From Candidatus Onthovivens sp. (GTDB lineage Bacteria > Bacillota_I > Bacilli_A > RFN20 > CAG-826): a stretch of DNA of 64,000 bases. The position numbers and the translations under genes are program-made. The DNA lies in the NCBI GenBank assembly GCA_035270825.1, contig DATESL010000025.1:914-64913 (forward strand). The letters run 5' to 3'. Below the pieces are notes generated by a model that saw only the letters and a program-made list of their open reading frames with translations, searched no databases and had not been told where the DNA came from. How positions within the stretch are numbered: the stretch's first letter is position 1; each line of letters starts with the position of its first letter. This document shows, one piece after another, positions 8,591 through 19,204 of this stretch.

Positions 8591-9336
8591 AGGTCTGTAC
8601 TTTCAAATTGTCTCGCACAAATAATCTTAATTGATTCGTGCTCATGTGAACTAAGAAGGAGTGTTTTTTGCACTTGTTTAAAAGCAAGCTCCTCGGTATT
8701 ACAATCTCGAGAAAGATGAGCTAACATAATAGTTTTTGTTCTCTCGCCAACTAAAGAAGCTAGATAGAAGGAAGCATCAATATTTGAAAGATGACCAACA
8801 TCGGATAAAATTCTCACTTTTAAAACTTCTGGTCTATTAGAATTTCTTAACATTCCAATATCATGATTTGATTCAAAATAATAGTAAGTAGCATTTTTAA
8901 AATAGTTTAAAGTTTCAAAAGAAATTGCTCCAGTATCAGTAACATAAACTAGGGAATCATCCTTATCTTTAATTACAAAAGACGAACATCCTAAAACATC
9001 ATGGCTAGCATCAGTTGCACGAACCATCATTGTTTTAAATTCTCGTTGTTCATAAAGTTTTAAGATATTTTTCTTTTTAATTTTATTATCTAATACTTTT
9101 TTCACGGCATATTTTTTCTTATCATCAACAATAAATCTTTCACCAGAAATATGATCAGGATGAGGATGAGTGAAAAAGACAAAATCAACATCTTCAATTG
9201 TTTTTGAAATTTCTGCTAAACCATCAATTAATCTTTTTTTAGTAATACCAATATCAATAATAATTGTTGTTTCTTCATTATAAATAATAGAGCAATTCCC
9301 TTTAGAACCGCTGCCAATGTTGTGTAATTTAAGCAT
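8587..9336 (-). CDS. MBL-fold metallo-hydrolase (YycJ/WalJ-like)
   Basis: HxHxDH motif (FFTHPHPDHISG) and later His/Asp ligands. Its position beside dnaB and rlmH matches the Firmicute yycJ neighbourhood. Confidence 0.85.
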   Translation of the reverse strand: MLKLHNIGSGSKGNCSIIYNEETTIIIDIGITKKRLIDGLAEISKTIEDVDFVFFTHPHPDHISGERFIVDDKKKYAVKKVLDNKIKKKNILKLYEQREFKTMMVRATDASHDVLGCSSFVIKDKDDSLVYVTDTGAISFETLNYFKNATYYYFESNHDIGMLRNSNRPEVLKVRILSDVGHLSNIDASFYLASLVGERTKTIMLAHLSRDCNTEELAFKQVQKTLLLSSHEHESIKIICARQFESTDL

Positions 9337-9338
9337 CT

Positions 9339-10784
9339 TTAATCCTCAATAAATTCGTCCATATCACGAATTGCAGCTTGGAATTCATGGGATGGAGTAT
9401 TGAATTGACAATACATTCCATTAAATATTAACTTCACAGTCCCAACACTTCCTTGTCTATTTTTAGCAATGATTACTTCAACAATTTGTGGTTTAGAAGG
9501 ATCAAATTTTGCAGGAGTTGTTTCTTCGCTTGTTTCAGCAGTTTTAAAAGTCTTACGTTTTTTAACCTCAATTCCTTGAGCTTCATAATATCCCTCGCGA
9601 TAGAGTAAAAGAACTTTATCAGCATCTTGTTCAATAGCCCCTGATTGTCTTAAATCACTAAGTTGAGGTTTCTTTGAATCGCGGTCATCAGCCTTACGAC
9701 TAATTTGAGCAACACAGATTATTGGAATATTTAAGTTAATTGCTAACTGTTTTAATTTACGAGAGAAGGTAGCAATTTTAACTTGTTCACTTTCATAGCG
9801 TTTATTCCCATCATCAATAATACCAATATAATCAATAACAATTAGTTGTAAATCATTAGTTGTTTCAGCTAATTTTTTAGTTTTAAGAATAATATCTTCA
9901 ATTGAACTTTTATTATTTTCTTCCATATAAAAGGATACATTACTGATTTCATTTTCAGCTGATTTTAATTTTAATTTATCATCTTTTGTTAAATATCCGG
10001 TTTGAATATTGTTATTAGGAACTCCGCTAACAGCAGAAAATAAACGTTGCATGGTCATTTCATTAGACATTTCTAAGGAGAAAAAAGCAACTGAACCTTT
10101 AGAGTGTCGAGCCGCATTATAAGCCATATTAAGAGCTAGAGCTGACTTTCCAACTGATGGACGAGCAGCAATAATAATTAATTCACCTTTTCCTAAACCG
10201 TTTAATTTAGTATCAAGTTCAGAAAATCCTGTTGAAAGTCCAGTAAAAGCTGCGCCTCCTGTTAGTGATTCAATTTGTTTGCCTAAAGTTTTAGCAACAT
10301 CTGATCCGCGAACAAAGTCACTAACACGGCGATTACTAATAATTTTATCAAGATTAAAAACAGCCTTATTAATAAAAGCATTAATATCAGTTATTTCTTT
10401 TGTTTCATATTCTTTTTCAATTCGATCTAACTCAATTAAATATTTTCTTAAAAGAGCTTTTTCGTGAAGTAAATTTACATAGTGATCAAAGTTAACAAAA
10501 CTAACAACATAGTTTGTCAGATCAAATAGATAATCATGTCCACCAATTTCTTCTAATAATTTCATATCTTGTAATTGTGAACCAAGAGTCGTGGTATCAA
10601 TTGCAATATCGTTATCAAAAAGAATTTGCATGGCACGGAAAATATTACGATTAATATAATTGCCATAGAAAAAATCATCTTCATTTAAAGATGTTAGCCC
10701 TTCGGCCGCACAGCTTGAATCTAAAAGCATTGATCCAAGAACTACTTTTTCAGCATATTCATCAAAAGGATAACTTTTTAACAT
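9339..10784 (-). CDS. dnaB: Replicative DNA helicase (DnaB family; DnaC in Bacillus nomenclature)
   Basis: 481 aa. AEKVVLGSMLL N-terminal domain, Walker A ARPSVGKSALALN, IVIDYIG, SLEMS and RQSGAIEQDAD motifs. Confidence 0.95.
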   Translation of the reverse strand: MLKSYPFDEYAEKVVLGSMLLDSSCAAEGLTSLNEDDFFYGNYINRNIFRAMQILFDNDIAIDTTTLGSQLQDMKLLEEIGGHDYLFDLTNYVVSFVNFDHYVNLLHEKALLRKYLIELDRIEKEYETKEITDINAFINKAVFNLDKIISNRRVSDFVRGSDVAKTLGKQIESLTGGAAFTGLSTGFSELDTKLNGLGKGELIIIAARPSVGKSALALNMAYNAARHSKGSVAFFSLEMSNEMTMQRLFSAVSGVPNNNIQTGYLTKDDKLKLKSAENEISNVSFYMEENNKSSIEDIILKTKKLAETTNDLQLIVIDYIGIIDDGNKRYESEQVKIATFSRKLKQLAINLNIPIICVAQISRKADDRDSKKPQLSDLRQSGAIEQDADKVLLLYREGYYEAQGIEVKKRKTFKTAETSEETTPAKFDPSKPQIVEVIIAKNRQGSVGTVKLIFNGMYCQFNTPSHEFQAAIRDMDEFIED

Positions 10785-11233
10785 TACTTTTCCTCGGCAA
10801 CATGGATTCTTATTGTTCCGATGACGCCCTTATATAATTCAATTCTAAAATTAGTAAAACCAAAAGCATTTACTTTAAATTTATCTAATATCTTTCTTTT
10901 ATCAACAATAATTTTGTATTCAGTTTTAAGTTTTTCAACAATTTCTTTAGAAGAGATTGTTCCTGCCATATTCCCACTAGGTTGAACTTTAGCCTTAAAT
11001 TCCAGAGTTAAGGTTTCTAAATATTCTTTAACTTTTAAAGCTTCAGCCTTTAATTCAGCTTGCTTTTCATTTTCAACTTCGATTTGTTTATTTAAAACTT
11101 GAACACTTCCTTCAGTTTTACGAACTGCTAATTTTTTAGGAATTAAAAAGTTTGTTGCGTAACCATCACTTACTGTTTTGGTCTCGCCTTTTTTACCAAT
11201 TCCTTTAACATCACTTAATAAAATTATTTCCAT
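10784..11233 (-). CDS. rplI: 50S ribosomal protein L9
   Basis: MEIILLSDVKGIGKKGETKTVSDGYATNFLIPKKLA is the canonical L9 N-terminus. The stop overlaps the dnaB start. Confidence 0.95.
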   Translation of the reverse strand: MEIILLSDVKGIGKKGETKTVSDGYATNFLIPKKLAVRKTEGSVQVLNKQIEVENEKQAELKAEALKVKEYLETLTLEFKAKVQPSGNMAGTISSKEIVEKLKTEYKIIVDKRKILDKFKVNAFGFTNFRIELYKGVIGTIRIHVAEEK

Positions 11234-11235
11234 TT

Positions 11236-13257
11236 TTATTTTTCTCCTCTTACTTGCGCTCTAGCACCCGAAATATAATCATTGAGGGTATCTAAAACAA
11301 TTTTCTCAACATTTTCAATTGTCGTATCTTTAAATAAAGCAGCAGCGGCTGAGAAATGTCCGCCACCTCCAAATTTTTCAACTAATGTTTGGACATTAAT
11401 TGAACCATCACTACGAGCACTAACTCTAATTTCATTATCACCAGTTCGACCAATAACAAAAACAGCATTATTACCTTTTAATTGCATGCATTGATTAGCA
11501 GCTTTAGCAAGAGTTGAGACTTCGAAAATATCATCTTCTTCTCCACGACATAAGCTAACTCCATAATGTGGAGTTTTCTTTGTAGCTACTAATTTAGAAA
11601 CAACTTCATATTCTTCAAATTCATCTTTTAATAAATCATCACTCATCGAGTTATCAGCTCCAAAATCTTTTAAAATCATACTGGCTTCAAAAGTTCTAAT
11701 CCCAACAGTTCTAGATTTAAAATAAGTTGTATCAAGAAAAATTCCTGAAAGCATAATAGTTGCCACGCGTGGTGACATTACAATTGGTGGGAAATTAGTT
11801 GTATAACGAATTAATTCCGTAACTAATTCACAAGTACTTGATGAAGAAGGTTCAATATAATATAAAACATTATTTTCAATAAATTCCGAAGCGCGACGGT
11901 GATGATCAATAATTATGATCTTATCGGTCTTTGTTAAACATCCAGGTGACATTACTAAATGTGGACGTGAGACATCACAAACAACCACAAGTGTCGTTCC
12001 ACGAATTTTTTCTTCAGCTTCTTTCGCATTAACAATAAATTTAGAAAGCTCTTCACGGGAGAAAAGAGTCGTTAAAGCACTCTTAGTTTTTCTCTCGGTT
12101 AATTTTGGTTCATAAACAATAAAAGATGGTCTTTGACAATAATCACAAATTGTTTTAATCCCAAGACATGCTCCTAAAGCATCCATATCCATATCACGAT
12201 GTCCCATAATAACAACGTTGTTTGAGCGATTAATTAACCCAATTAAACTATCAGCAACAGTACGGACACGGACTTTATTTCTTTTTTCAGTAGCTTCGGT
12301 TTTCCCGCCAAAGAAAGATAATTCACTTCCATAATTATTAACAACTGCTTGATCACCACCACGCGACATGGCAATATCAGCAGCATTAGCAGCCATTTCA
12401 TTTAAACGTGAAATATCAGGGAAACCACTACTAAAACCAATTGAAAGAGATGGTTGAACTAATTCATTAGTCCCAACTTTTCTCACCTTATCTAAAATTG
12501 AAAAACCATCATTAATAATTCCTTTTAAAGATAGATTATTACAAATTGCAAAATAGGAATCTGATTTATAAGCTCTTAATAATATCTTGTTTGCTTTTGC
12601 ATATTCAAAAATTAATGCTTTAACATTAGCAATCGTATCGCTAGTATCATCATTATCCCCAGAAATATCATTATAGTTATCAATAATAATAATCCCTACA
12701 CAAGACTCTTGTTCTTTTGTATATTTATATAATGATTCATAATCGGTAACATCTTTGAAAATAAATAAATTGGAAGCTTTAAGATATTTAACCATAAAGT
12801 CTGTTCCAAAAGGATTAACAACAATTGTATCAACCTCATTGGTAGTAATTAAATCTCTTAATTTAGGCAACCAGTTATAGACATTTTGATTTAAAATATC
12901 AATTCCTTTGGATGTTAAAAATTCACTGACCCAAATAACATTTTCGCTATCATCAATAACAATAAAACCAATCTTTCCAAAGTTATAAGCTTCTTTAATA
13001 TCTTTTCCTAAAATATTATTGGTTGTTAAATCAGCACTATGTCTTTTTTCAAATAATAATAGTAAATAAACCCATAAAGTGAAAAGATTAAAAATCAACA
13101 CTCCAAGAGCGATATACCCGACCACTTCAACTCCAATTGTTTCTTGAATATTATTCACATTAACAATATAAAGTGAAAAGAAAATACCAATAAAAGCAAC
13201 TAGTAAAGCTGTGACTATTAATGAGCTAATCTCAATTTGTTTAAATATTTTTTTCAT
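11236..13257 (-). CDS. gdpP: Membrane-anchored DHH/DHHA1 phosphodiesterase GdpP (c-di-AMP phosphodiesterase, YybT type)
   Basis: 673 aa. Two N-terminal TM helices, a degenerate GGDEF-like middle region, the DHH motif (GHRDMDMDALGA, IIIDHHR) and the DHHA1 GGGGH. It sits in the conserved rpsR-gdpP-rplI-dnaB order. Confidence 0.9.
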   Translation of the reverse strand: MKKIFKQIEISSLIVTALLVAFIGIFFSLYIVNVNNIQETIGVEVVGYIALGVLIFNLFTLWVYLLLLFEKRHSADLTTNNILGKDIKEAYNFGKIGFIVIDDSENVIWVSEFLTSKGIDILNQNVYNWLPKLRDLITTNEVDTIVVNPFGTDFMVKYLKASNLFIFKDVTDYESLYKYTKEQESCVGIIIIDNYNDISGDNDDTSDTIANVKALIFEYAKANKILLRAYKSDSYFAICNNLSLKGIINDGFSILDKVRKVGTNELVQPSLSIGFSSGFPDISRLNEMAANAADIAMSRGGDQAVVNNYGSELSFFGGKTEATEKRNKVRVRTVADSLIGLINRSNNVVIMGHRDMDMDALGACLGIKTICDYCQRPSFIVYEPKLTERKTKSALTTLFSREELSKFIVNAKEAEEKIRGTTLVVVCDVSRPHLVMSPGCLTKTDKIIIIDHHRRASEFIENNVLYYIEPSSSSTCELVTELIRYTTNFPPIVMSPRVATIMLSGIFLDTTYFKSRTVGIRTFEASMILKDFGADNSMSDDLLKDEFEEYEVVSKLVATKKTPHYGVSLCRGEEDDIFEVSTLAKAANQCMQLKGNNAVFVIGRTGDNEIRVSARSDGSINVQTLVEKFGGGGHFSAAAALFKDTTIENVEKIVLDTLNDYISGARAQVRGEK

Positions 13258-13302
13258 AATTAATACCTTTATACATTATACCTTTTATAGCACAAAATAT
13301 AA

Positions 13303-13331
13303 ACAATAAAAAAGCTACCTTTAAGGGTAGC
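13303..13331 (-). terminator. Rho-independent terminator after rpsR
   Basis: The minus strand reads AGCTACCCTTAAAGGTAGC followed by TTTTTT. Confidence 0.75.
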
Positions 13332-13353
13332 TGATCTAACAAATTTTTATAAC

Positions 13354-13581
13354 TTATTCACCAACAAATGGTAATAAAGCCATAACACGTGCATTTTTGA
13401 TTGCTCTTGCAAGCATTCTTTGATATTTAGCACTAGTTCCTGTTAATCTTCTTGGAGAAATTCTTCCGGTTTGGGAAATAAATTTCTTTAAAAGTTCAAC
13501 ATCTTTATAATCAATAAATTCAATTTTGTTTTTAGTAAAATAACAAACCTTTTTCTTAGGTCTTTTTTTAATAAATGCCAT
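13354..13581 (-). CDS. rpsR: 30S ribosomal protein S18
   Basis: 75 aa; [14 protein letters not shown]...[26 protein letters not shown]. Confidence 0.95.
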   Translation of the reverse strand: MAFIKKRPKKKVCYFTKNKIEFIDYKDVELLKKFISQTGRISPRRLTGTSAKYQRMLARAIKNARVMALLPFVGE

Positions 13582-13598
13582 ATTTAGTATCCTTTCTT

Positions 13599-14021
13599 TT
13601 AAAATGGAAGATCATCATCAGCAAGTTCAATTGAAGGTACTTCAACTTTTTGCTCATCAGTATCAGCTTTGTAACCATCATTTGTTGAAAAATTATCATT
13701 TGATTTTCTCTCCAACATATAAAAATTATTTACAACAACCTCAACTCGTGATCCGTTTGTTCCGTCTTTGCGAGTAAATCTATTTTCAACAAGATAACCA
13801 TCAACTGAAACAAGACTGCCTTTATCAGCATATTTTGCAATAATTTCAGCTGTTTGTCTCCAAGCTGTACAGTTAATAAATGAAGCAGTTTTCTTTCCTT
13901 CAGCGTCTTTTGTTCGATTATCAAAAGCAATTGTAAAAGAAATAACTCCATCACCAGAATTTGTTCTTCTTAATTCTGGGGTTCTGGTCAAACGACCAAC
14001 AAGCGCAACAGTATTTAACAT
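13599..14021 (-). CDS. ssb: Single-stranded DNA-binding protein
   Basis: [20 protein letters not shown]-fold N-terminus and the acidic C-terminal tip DDDLPF. Confidence 0.95.
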   Translation of the reverse strand: MLNTVALVGRLTRTPELRRTNSGDGVISFTIAFDNRTKDAEGKKTASFINCTAWRQTAEIIAKYADKGSLVSVDGYLVENRFTRKDGTNGSRVEVVVNNFYMLERKSNDNFSTNDGYKADTDEQKVEVPSIELADDDLPF

Positions 14022-14032
14022 ATTTTTTCTCC

Positions 14033-14320
14033 TTATTGTTTGTCGACAACGATTAAAAATCTTAATACGTTGACGTCAATTTTAGTGAGACGTTCGAATT
14101 CTTTAAATGCTGTACCTTCAGCTTCAAATTTGACAACAACATAGTAACCTTTGCTTTCTTTTTTAATTTCATAAGCTAAGTCACGGATTCCCCATTCATC
14201 AACTTTGTTGATTTTGGCTCCTCCAGCAATTAATAAGCCGTGTAATTTTTCAATTTCAGCCTTTCTTGCAGTTTCGTCAAGGTTTGTTCTGAGAATGTAC
14301 ATAAGTTCGTATTTTTTCAT
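14033..14320 (-). CDS. rpsF: 30S ribosomal protein S6
   Basis: MKKYELMYILR..., WGIRDLAYEIKK..GYYVV. Confidence 0.95.
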   Translation of the reverse strand: MKKYELMYILRTNLDETARKAEIEKLHGLLIAGGAKINKVDEWGIRDLAYEIKKESKGYYVVVKFEAEGTAFKEFERLTKIDVNVLRFLIVVDKQ

Positions 14321-14429
14321 ATCCTTATACCTCCCTTTGGTCTATCTGGCTCAATCCAAATGAATGAGCAGAGAAGAATGCATTAAAACAATGCTAATCT
14401 ATTGTATATAAAAAAGACCTTAAAGTAAA
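14321..14429 (-). promoter_or_regulatory. rpsF promoter plus a roughly 80-nt structured 5' leader (candidate S6:S18 autoregulatory element)
   Basis: On the minus strand: -35 TTTACT (14424-14429), a 17-nt spacer, and -10 TACAAT (14401-14406). The leader has hairpins GCATT-gtttt-AATGC (14380-14394) and a bulged CTGCTCA...TGAGCCAG (14346-14371) just before the SD. Confidence 0.45.
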
Positions 14430-14498
14430 GAAATTTATCGCCTCTTACTAACAAGATTGCGAGATTTTAAAACTTTTTGGCCTCTAATTTATAATTAA

Positions 14499-15983
14499 TT
14501 ATTTTTCGTCTCTCATAGTAGGAAAGAGAATAATTTCACGAATTGTTGGTTTGTTTGCAAGTAACATAACTAAGCGGTCAAAACCAATTCCAATTCCACC
14601 ACATGGTGGCATACCATATTCTAGAGCTTCAATAAAATCATAATCCATTTCATTAGCTTCAGCATCACCTAATTCTTTAGCTTTGATTTGATCTAAGAAT
14701 CTTTCTTCTTGATCAAGAGGATCATTTAATTCACTATAGGCATTGGCAATTTCAAAGCCGTTCATAAAAAGTTCAAATCTTTCAGTAAAACGTGGATCTT
14801 CGCTTTTTTTAGTTAATGGAGAAATTTCAATTGGATGTCCATGAACAAATGTTGGTTGAATTAAATCAGCTTCACAGAATTCTTCAAACAAAGCATTTAA
14901 AATAAAACCATTTGAGGTCCAGTGTGGTTCAATTTTAATATGTTTTTCACGAGCAAAAGCACATGCCTCTTCAAAACTAAGATTGCTAGTAAAATCTAAA
15001 CCTGTTTTTTCCTTAACTAATTCAGCCATTGAAACCCATCTAAATGGTGAGGCAATATCAATTGTTTTTTCACCGTATTCAATAACGTCTTTATTTAAAC
15101 AAACTTTAGTTGCATGACGAATAACGCCCTCACATAAATTTCTCATTGATTCTAAATCACCAAAGGCTTCATAAAGTTCAACAGTTGTAAATTCAGGATT
15201 ATGACGGGAATCCATTCCCTCATTTCTAAATAAGCGACCAAATTCATAAACTTTTTCTAAGCCACCAATAATTAATCTTTTTAAAGGTAATTCGGTAGCA
15301 ATTCTTAAGTAGAAGTCTTTATCAAGAGTATTATGATGAGTCACAAATGGACGAGCATTAGCTCCTCCAAGAATTGGTTGTAAAATACTTGTTTCAACTT
15401 CAACAAATCCTAAGTTATCAAAATAATTTTGCATACTTCTAAGAATTTTTGGTCTCAAAAGAGCAACATTTTTTGCTTCCTCGTTCATGATTAAATCAAC
15501 ATGACGACGACGGTAGCGTTCTTCAACATCAGTTAAACCATGGAACTTTTCAGGTAATGGTTTTAAAGCCTTTGTTAAAAAATAAAATTTATCAATCTTA
15601 ATTGTTAATTCACCAGTGCGGGTTAACATTAAATTTCCTTCTAAACCAACAATATCACCAATATCAGTTAATTTAAAAATATTATATGATTCTTCACCAA
15701 CTGTATCGATGGCAATATATCCTTGAATATTTCCAAACTTATCTTGAATACTAATAAAAGATGCTTTCCCCATTTTACGAATAAACATTGCTCTTCCAGC
15801 AACTTTTACTCTAATTGGATTAGCAGCTAAAGCTTCTGAATCTTTATCTTTAGAGACATCTTTAGCCTCAAGTGTTGTATGGGTACGATGAAATTTTTCT
15901 CCCCATGGATTGACTCCTAAATCAATGAGTTGTTTTAGTTTATCACGACGGCTTTGCTCTTGATCTGTTAATTTACGTTCCAT
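14499..15983 (-). CDS. lysS: Lysine--tRNA ligase (class II)
   Basis: 494 aa. RYRRRHVDLI, FRNEG, and the class II motif 3 GIGIGFDRLVMLL. Confidence 0.95.
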   Translation of the reverse strand: MERKLTDQEQSRRDKLKQLIDLGVNPWGEKFHRTHTTLEAKDVSKDKDSEALAANPIRVKVAGRAMFIRKMGKASFISIQDKFGNIQGYIAIDTVGEESYNIFKLTDIGDIVGLEGNLMLTRTGELTIKIDKFYFLTKALKPLPEKFHGLTDVEERYRRRHVDLIMNEEAKNVALLRPKILRSMQNYFDNLGFVEVETSILQPILGGANARPFVTHHNTLDKDFYLRIATELPLKRLIIGGLEKVYEFGRLFRNEGMDSRHNPEFTTVELYEAFGDLESMRNLCEGVIRHATKVCLNKDVIEYGEKTIDIASPFRWVSMAELVKEKTGLDFTSNLSFEEACAFAREKHIKIEPHWTSNGFILNALFEEFCEADLIQPTFVHGHPIEISPLTKKSEDPRFTERFELFMNGFEIANAYSELNDPLDQEERFLDQIKAKELGDAEANEMDYDFIEALEYGMPPCGGIGIGFDRLVMLLANKPTIREIILFPTMRDEK

Positions 15984-16045
15984 AATTTTATCTCCTTATA
16001 TTCGCGTTTATAATTATACACATTTATCTAATATTATATAAGTAT

Positions 16046-17002
16046 CTATTTAAGTAATAGCTCTTTATTAATAATCTCTTCTAAATCATTAAATGATTTC
16101 ATCTTCGTGGTGAGTGTTTGGCGAAGAGTCTTAGCATCACCAAACATTTTAAAGAATTTTGGAGCAATTCCTTTTAAAATTCCAATTGCTCTTTCTTCCC
16201 CTTTTTCCTCTATTAGAAGTTTAGCAAACTCTAACAAGTATTTACTTTGAGTTTGATAATCTCTTTTAATAATGATATTTTCATTAATTTCTTTAATTAA
16301 AAGTGGATCGCCAATTGCCCCTCGAGCAAGCATCACAGAATCAGCTCTAGTCATTTCTAAGGCTTTTTGAGCCTCTTCTAAAGAAAAAATATTACCACTG
16401 ACTGCAAAAGGAATAGTGAGGATATCACGGATATTTTTTAATAAATCAAAATGAGGTTCACCCCCATAAAGTTCTTTTTTTGTCCGAGCATGGATTGCAA
16501 TAAACTTCACTCCAGCCTTTTGGACTCTTTTACAGATTTCTTCAATTTGATTTTCATTAAAACCCAGACGAACCTTAACACTAACTGGTTTTGAAGAAGC
16601 CCTTACAACTGCCTTTAACATTTCTTCCATTGCATCTAAATCTTTTAACCAACTTGATCCACTATTTCCTTTTGTCACTTTCGGAACTGGACAAGCTAAA
16701 TTTAGATCTAATATATCGTATTTAGTCCCTGATTTTTCTAATAACTCAATTCCTTTTAAAAGAGTTTCTTTTGATCCTCCAAATAATTGAATAGCCAATG
16801 GTCTTTCGACTTCATTAGTTAAAAGGAGAGTTTTAGTTCTAGTATTATCATAAATCAAACCACAATCACTAACCATCTCACTATAAACGAGGGCACACCC
16901 AAAAGGTTTAGAAAAGAGGCGATAAGAAAAAGAAGTTATTCCTGCCATTGGAGCAAGAATAACTTTCCCGTTTATTTCAATATTATCAATTTTAAAAGAC
17001 AT
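16046..17002 (-). CDS. dusB: tRNA dihydrouridine synthase (DusB type)
   Basis: LAPMAGITSFSYRL, DLNLACPVPKV with the catalytic Cys, and IAIHARTK. Confidence 0.9.
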   Translation of the reverse strand: MSFKIDNIEINGKVILAPMAGITSFSYRLFSKPFGCALVYSEMVSDCGLIYDNTRTKTLLLTNEVERPLAIQLFGGSKETLLKGIELLEKSGTKYDILDLNLACPVPKVTKGNSGSSWLKDLDAMEEMLKAVVRASSKPVSVKVRLGFNENQIEEICKRVQKAGVKFIAIHARTKKELYGGEPHFDLLKNIRDILTIPFAVSGNIFSLEEAQKALEMTRADSVMLARGAIGDPLLIKEINENIIIKRDYQTQSKYLLEFAKLLIEEKGEERAIGILKGIAPKFFKMFGDAKTLRQTLTTKMKSFNDLEEIINKELLLK

Positions 17003-17008
17003 ATTTAA

Positions 17009-19132
17009 TTAAACTTCTTTTTCGTCATTTTCCTTTTTTTCAACTTCAGGAGCAACTTCTTCTTTAATCACTTCTTCATTGTTTTTATCTTCTTCAACCT
17101 TAATTGGAGCTTTTGTTGCAACCTTTTCAGTTTTATTATGTTCTCTATTAATATCGCTATCGTTGCTAATTTTAGCACTGATGTCACTAGAAATCTTTCC
17201 AGCATCTCTTTGTGAAACAGCCTCATCTGGCATCTTACGATTCTTTAATAAATATTCAATTTGTTCTTCACTAATTGTTTCATGTTCTAAAAGTGTTTCA
17301 GCAAGCAAAGTAACATCTTTTTCATGCTTGCGGATAATTTCTAATGCAGCTTCATGAGATTCTTCAACGATCTTACGAACTTCACGATCAATTTCATCAA
17401 GGACTTGTCCACTAAAATTCTTTTGGGAGTTGTTGTAATCTCTTCCTAAGAAGACATTACCAGAAGCTCTTTCATATTGGATAGGTCCAAGGGAAGACAT
17501 TCCATATTCGACAACCATTGCTCGAGCAATTTGAGTTGCTCTTTCAATATCATTACTTGCTCCGGTTGTGACATCTTGGAAGAAAACTTCTTCACTACTA
17601 CGACCACCAAGTAAACCTGTAATTTCAGCAAGTAATTCACTCTTAGTTAATAAGAATCTGTCATTATCTGGTCCCATTAAGACGTGACCACCAGTATTTC
17701 CTCTTGGAATAATTGTAATTTTTCTAACTTTATCAGCATTAGGAAGCATTAAACCAATAATGGCATGTCCGGATTCATGATAAGCAATTAATTTTCTTTC
17801 ATGAGCAGAAATTCCCTTATTAGATTTAGCAGGTCCTGCAATACGACGATCAATTGCCTCATCAATATCAGCAATAGTAATCACTTCTCTTTTACCTCTA
17901 ACTGCTAAAATAGCAGCTTCGTTTAAAACGTTTTCAATATCAGCTCCAGAGAAACCAACTGTACGACGAGCAAGATTAGCAAATGAAATATCATCAGCAA
18001 ACTTTTTATTACGAGCATGAACATGGAAGATAGCTTCTCTTCCTGCTTTATCTGGTAAATTAACAGTCACCTTACGGTCAAAACGACCAGCTCTTAAAAG
18101 AGCAGGATCTAAAACATCATCTCTATTTGTAGCAGCAATAACAATAATACCGCTATTTTCTTCAAAGCCATCTAATTCAACGAGTAATTGGTTAAGAGTT
18201 TGTTCTCTTTCATCATTACCACCACCCATTCCGGCTCCTCTTTGACGACCAACAGCATCGATTTCATCAATAAAAATAATACATGGGGCATTTTGCTTAG
18301 CGGTTTTAAACAAATCTCTAACTCGCCCAGCACCAACACCAACAAACATTTCAACAAAATCACTACCAGAAATACTATAGAAAGGAACACCTGCTTCACC
18401 AGCAACTGCTTTAGCTAATAAAGTTTTTCCGGTTCCTGGACCACCAACTAATAAAACACCTTTTGGAAGTTTAGCTCCATTTTTGGTAAATCTTTTTGGT
18501 TCTTTTAAATATTCAACGAGTTCCATCATTTCAGCTTTTTCTTCATCACAACCTGCGACATCTTTAAACTTAGTTTTGGAATCTTCAATTTTACGAGCTC
18601 TTGATTTATTAAATTCCATTGCTTTATTGTTCGAGCCAGCAGCTCCTTGTAACATCTTAAAGAAGAAAACAGCAATTCCTATAATTAAAACAACTGAAAT
18701 AATTGTTGGTAACCAGCTTACTAACCAGCTCTCTTGATATATATTAGAAGTAATTCCTGATTCACATTCAATAGCAGCGATTTCAGTAAATAAAATATAT
18801 TCACCACGGTAATCATATTTTTGATCATAAAAAGATTTTGATGACATTTCAAATTGGAAGAAGAAATCTCCTTCAGCTCCAGTTGTGGTGTCAATTGTTT
18901 TAGCATCAATTTGAACAATCATTGTTCCATTATTTTCAACAGTATTAAATGCTTTTAAATCGTACTTGTTATCTTTATCAATAACAAATGAAATACCATC
19001 TTGAGTTGTAACTGTGCGATATTTTTGATTAAAGCCTTGAACGATATTAAAAATTAATAAAAACCCAAAGGCAAATATTACTAAATAAATAATTAATGGG
19101 ACCCAGATTGATTTTTTCTTTTGTTGTGGCAT
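17009..19132 (-). CDS. ftsH: ATP-dependent zinc metalloprotease FtsH
   Basis: 707 aa. Two TM helices, AAA+ Walker [13 protein letters not shown], the SRH domain, zinc site HESGHAI, and a Lys/Glu-rich C-terminal tail. Confidence 0.95.
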   Translation of the reverse strand: MPQQKKKSIWVPLIIYLVIFAFGFLLIFNIVQGFNQKYRTVTTQDGISFVIDKDNKYDLKAFNTVENNGTMIVQIDAKTIDTTTGAEGDFFFQFEMSSKSFYDQKYDYRGEYILFTEIAAIECESGITSNIYQESWLVSWLPTIISVVLIIGIAVFFFKMLQGAAGSNNKAMEFNKSRARKIEDSKTKFKDVAGCDEEKAEMMELVEYLKEPKRFTKNGAKLPKGVLLVGGPGTGKTLLAKAVAGEAGVPFYSISGSDFVEMFVGVGAGRVRDLFKTAKQNAPCIIFIDEIDAVGRQRGAGMGGGNDEREQTLNQLLVELDGFEENSGIIVIAATNRDDVLDPALLRAGRFDRKVTVNLPDKAGREAIFHVHARNKKFADDISFANLARRTVGFSGADIENVLNEAAILAVRGKREVITIADIDEAIDRRIAGPAKSNKGISAHERKLIAYHESGHAIIGLMLPNADKVRKITIIPRGNTGGHVLMGPDNDRFLLTKSELLAEITGLLGGRSSEEVFFQDVTTGASNDIERATQIARAMVVEYGMSSLGPIQYERASGNVFLGRDYNNSQKNFSGQVLDEIDREVRKIVEESHEAALEIIRKHEKDVTLLAETLLEHETISEEQIEYLLKNRKMPDEAVSQRDAGKISSDISAKISNDSDINREHNKTEKVATKAPIKVEEDKNNEEVIKEEVAPEVEKKENDEKEV

Positions 19133-19204
19133 TTAAAAATCCTCCTTTAAACACGTGTTATTATTTTACTATAATAAACGTTTTTTATAAAGCAAAATAA
19201 CTCC

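Noticed and set aside
15984-16045. T-box or other riboswitch leaders for lysS and serS
   Set aside because: The lysS upstream spacer is only about 60 nt, and serS starts 2 nt after the preceding gene. That is too short for a T-box leader of about 200 nt.
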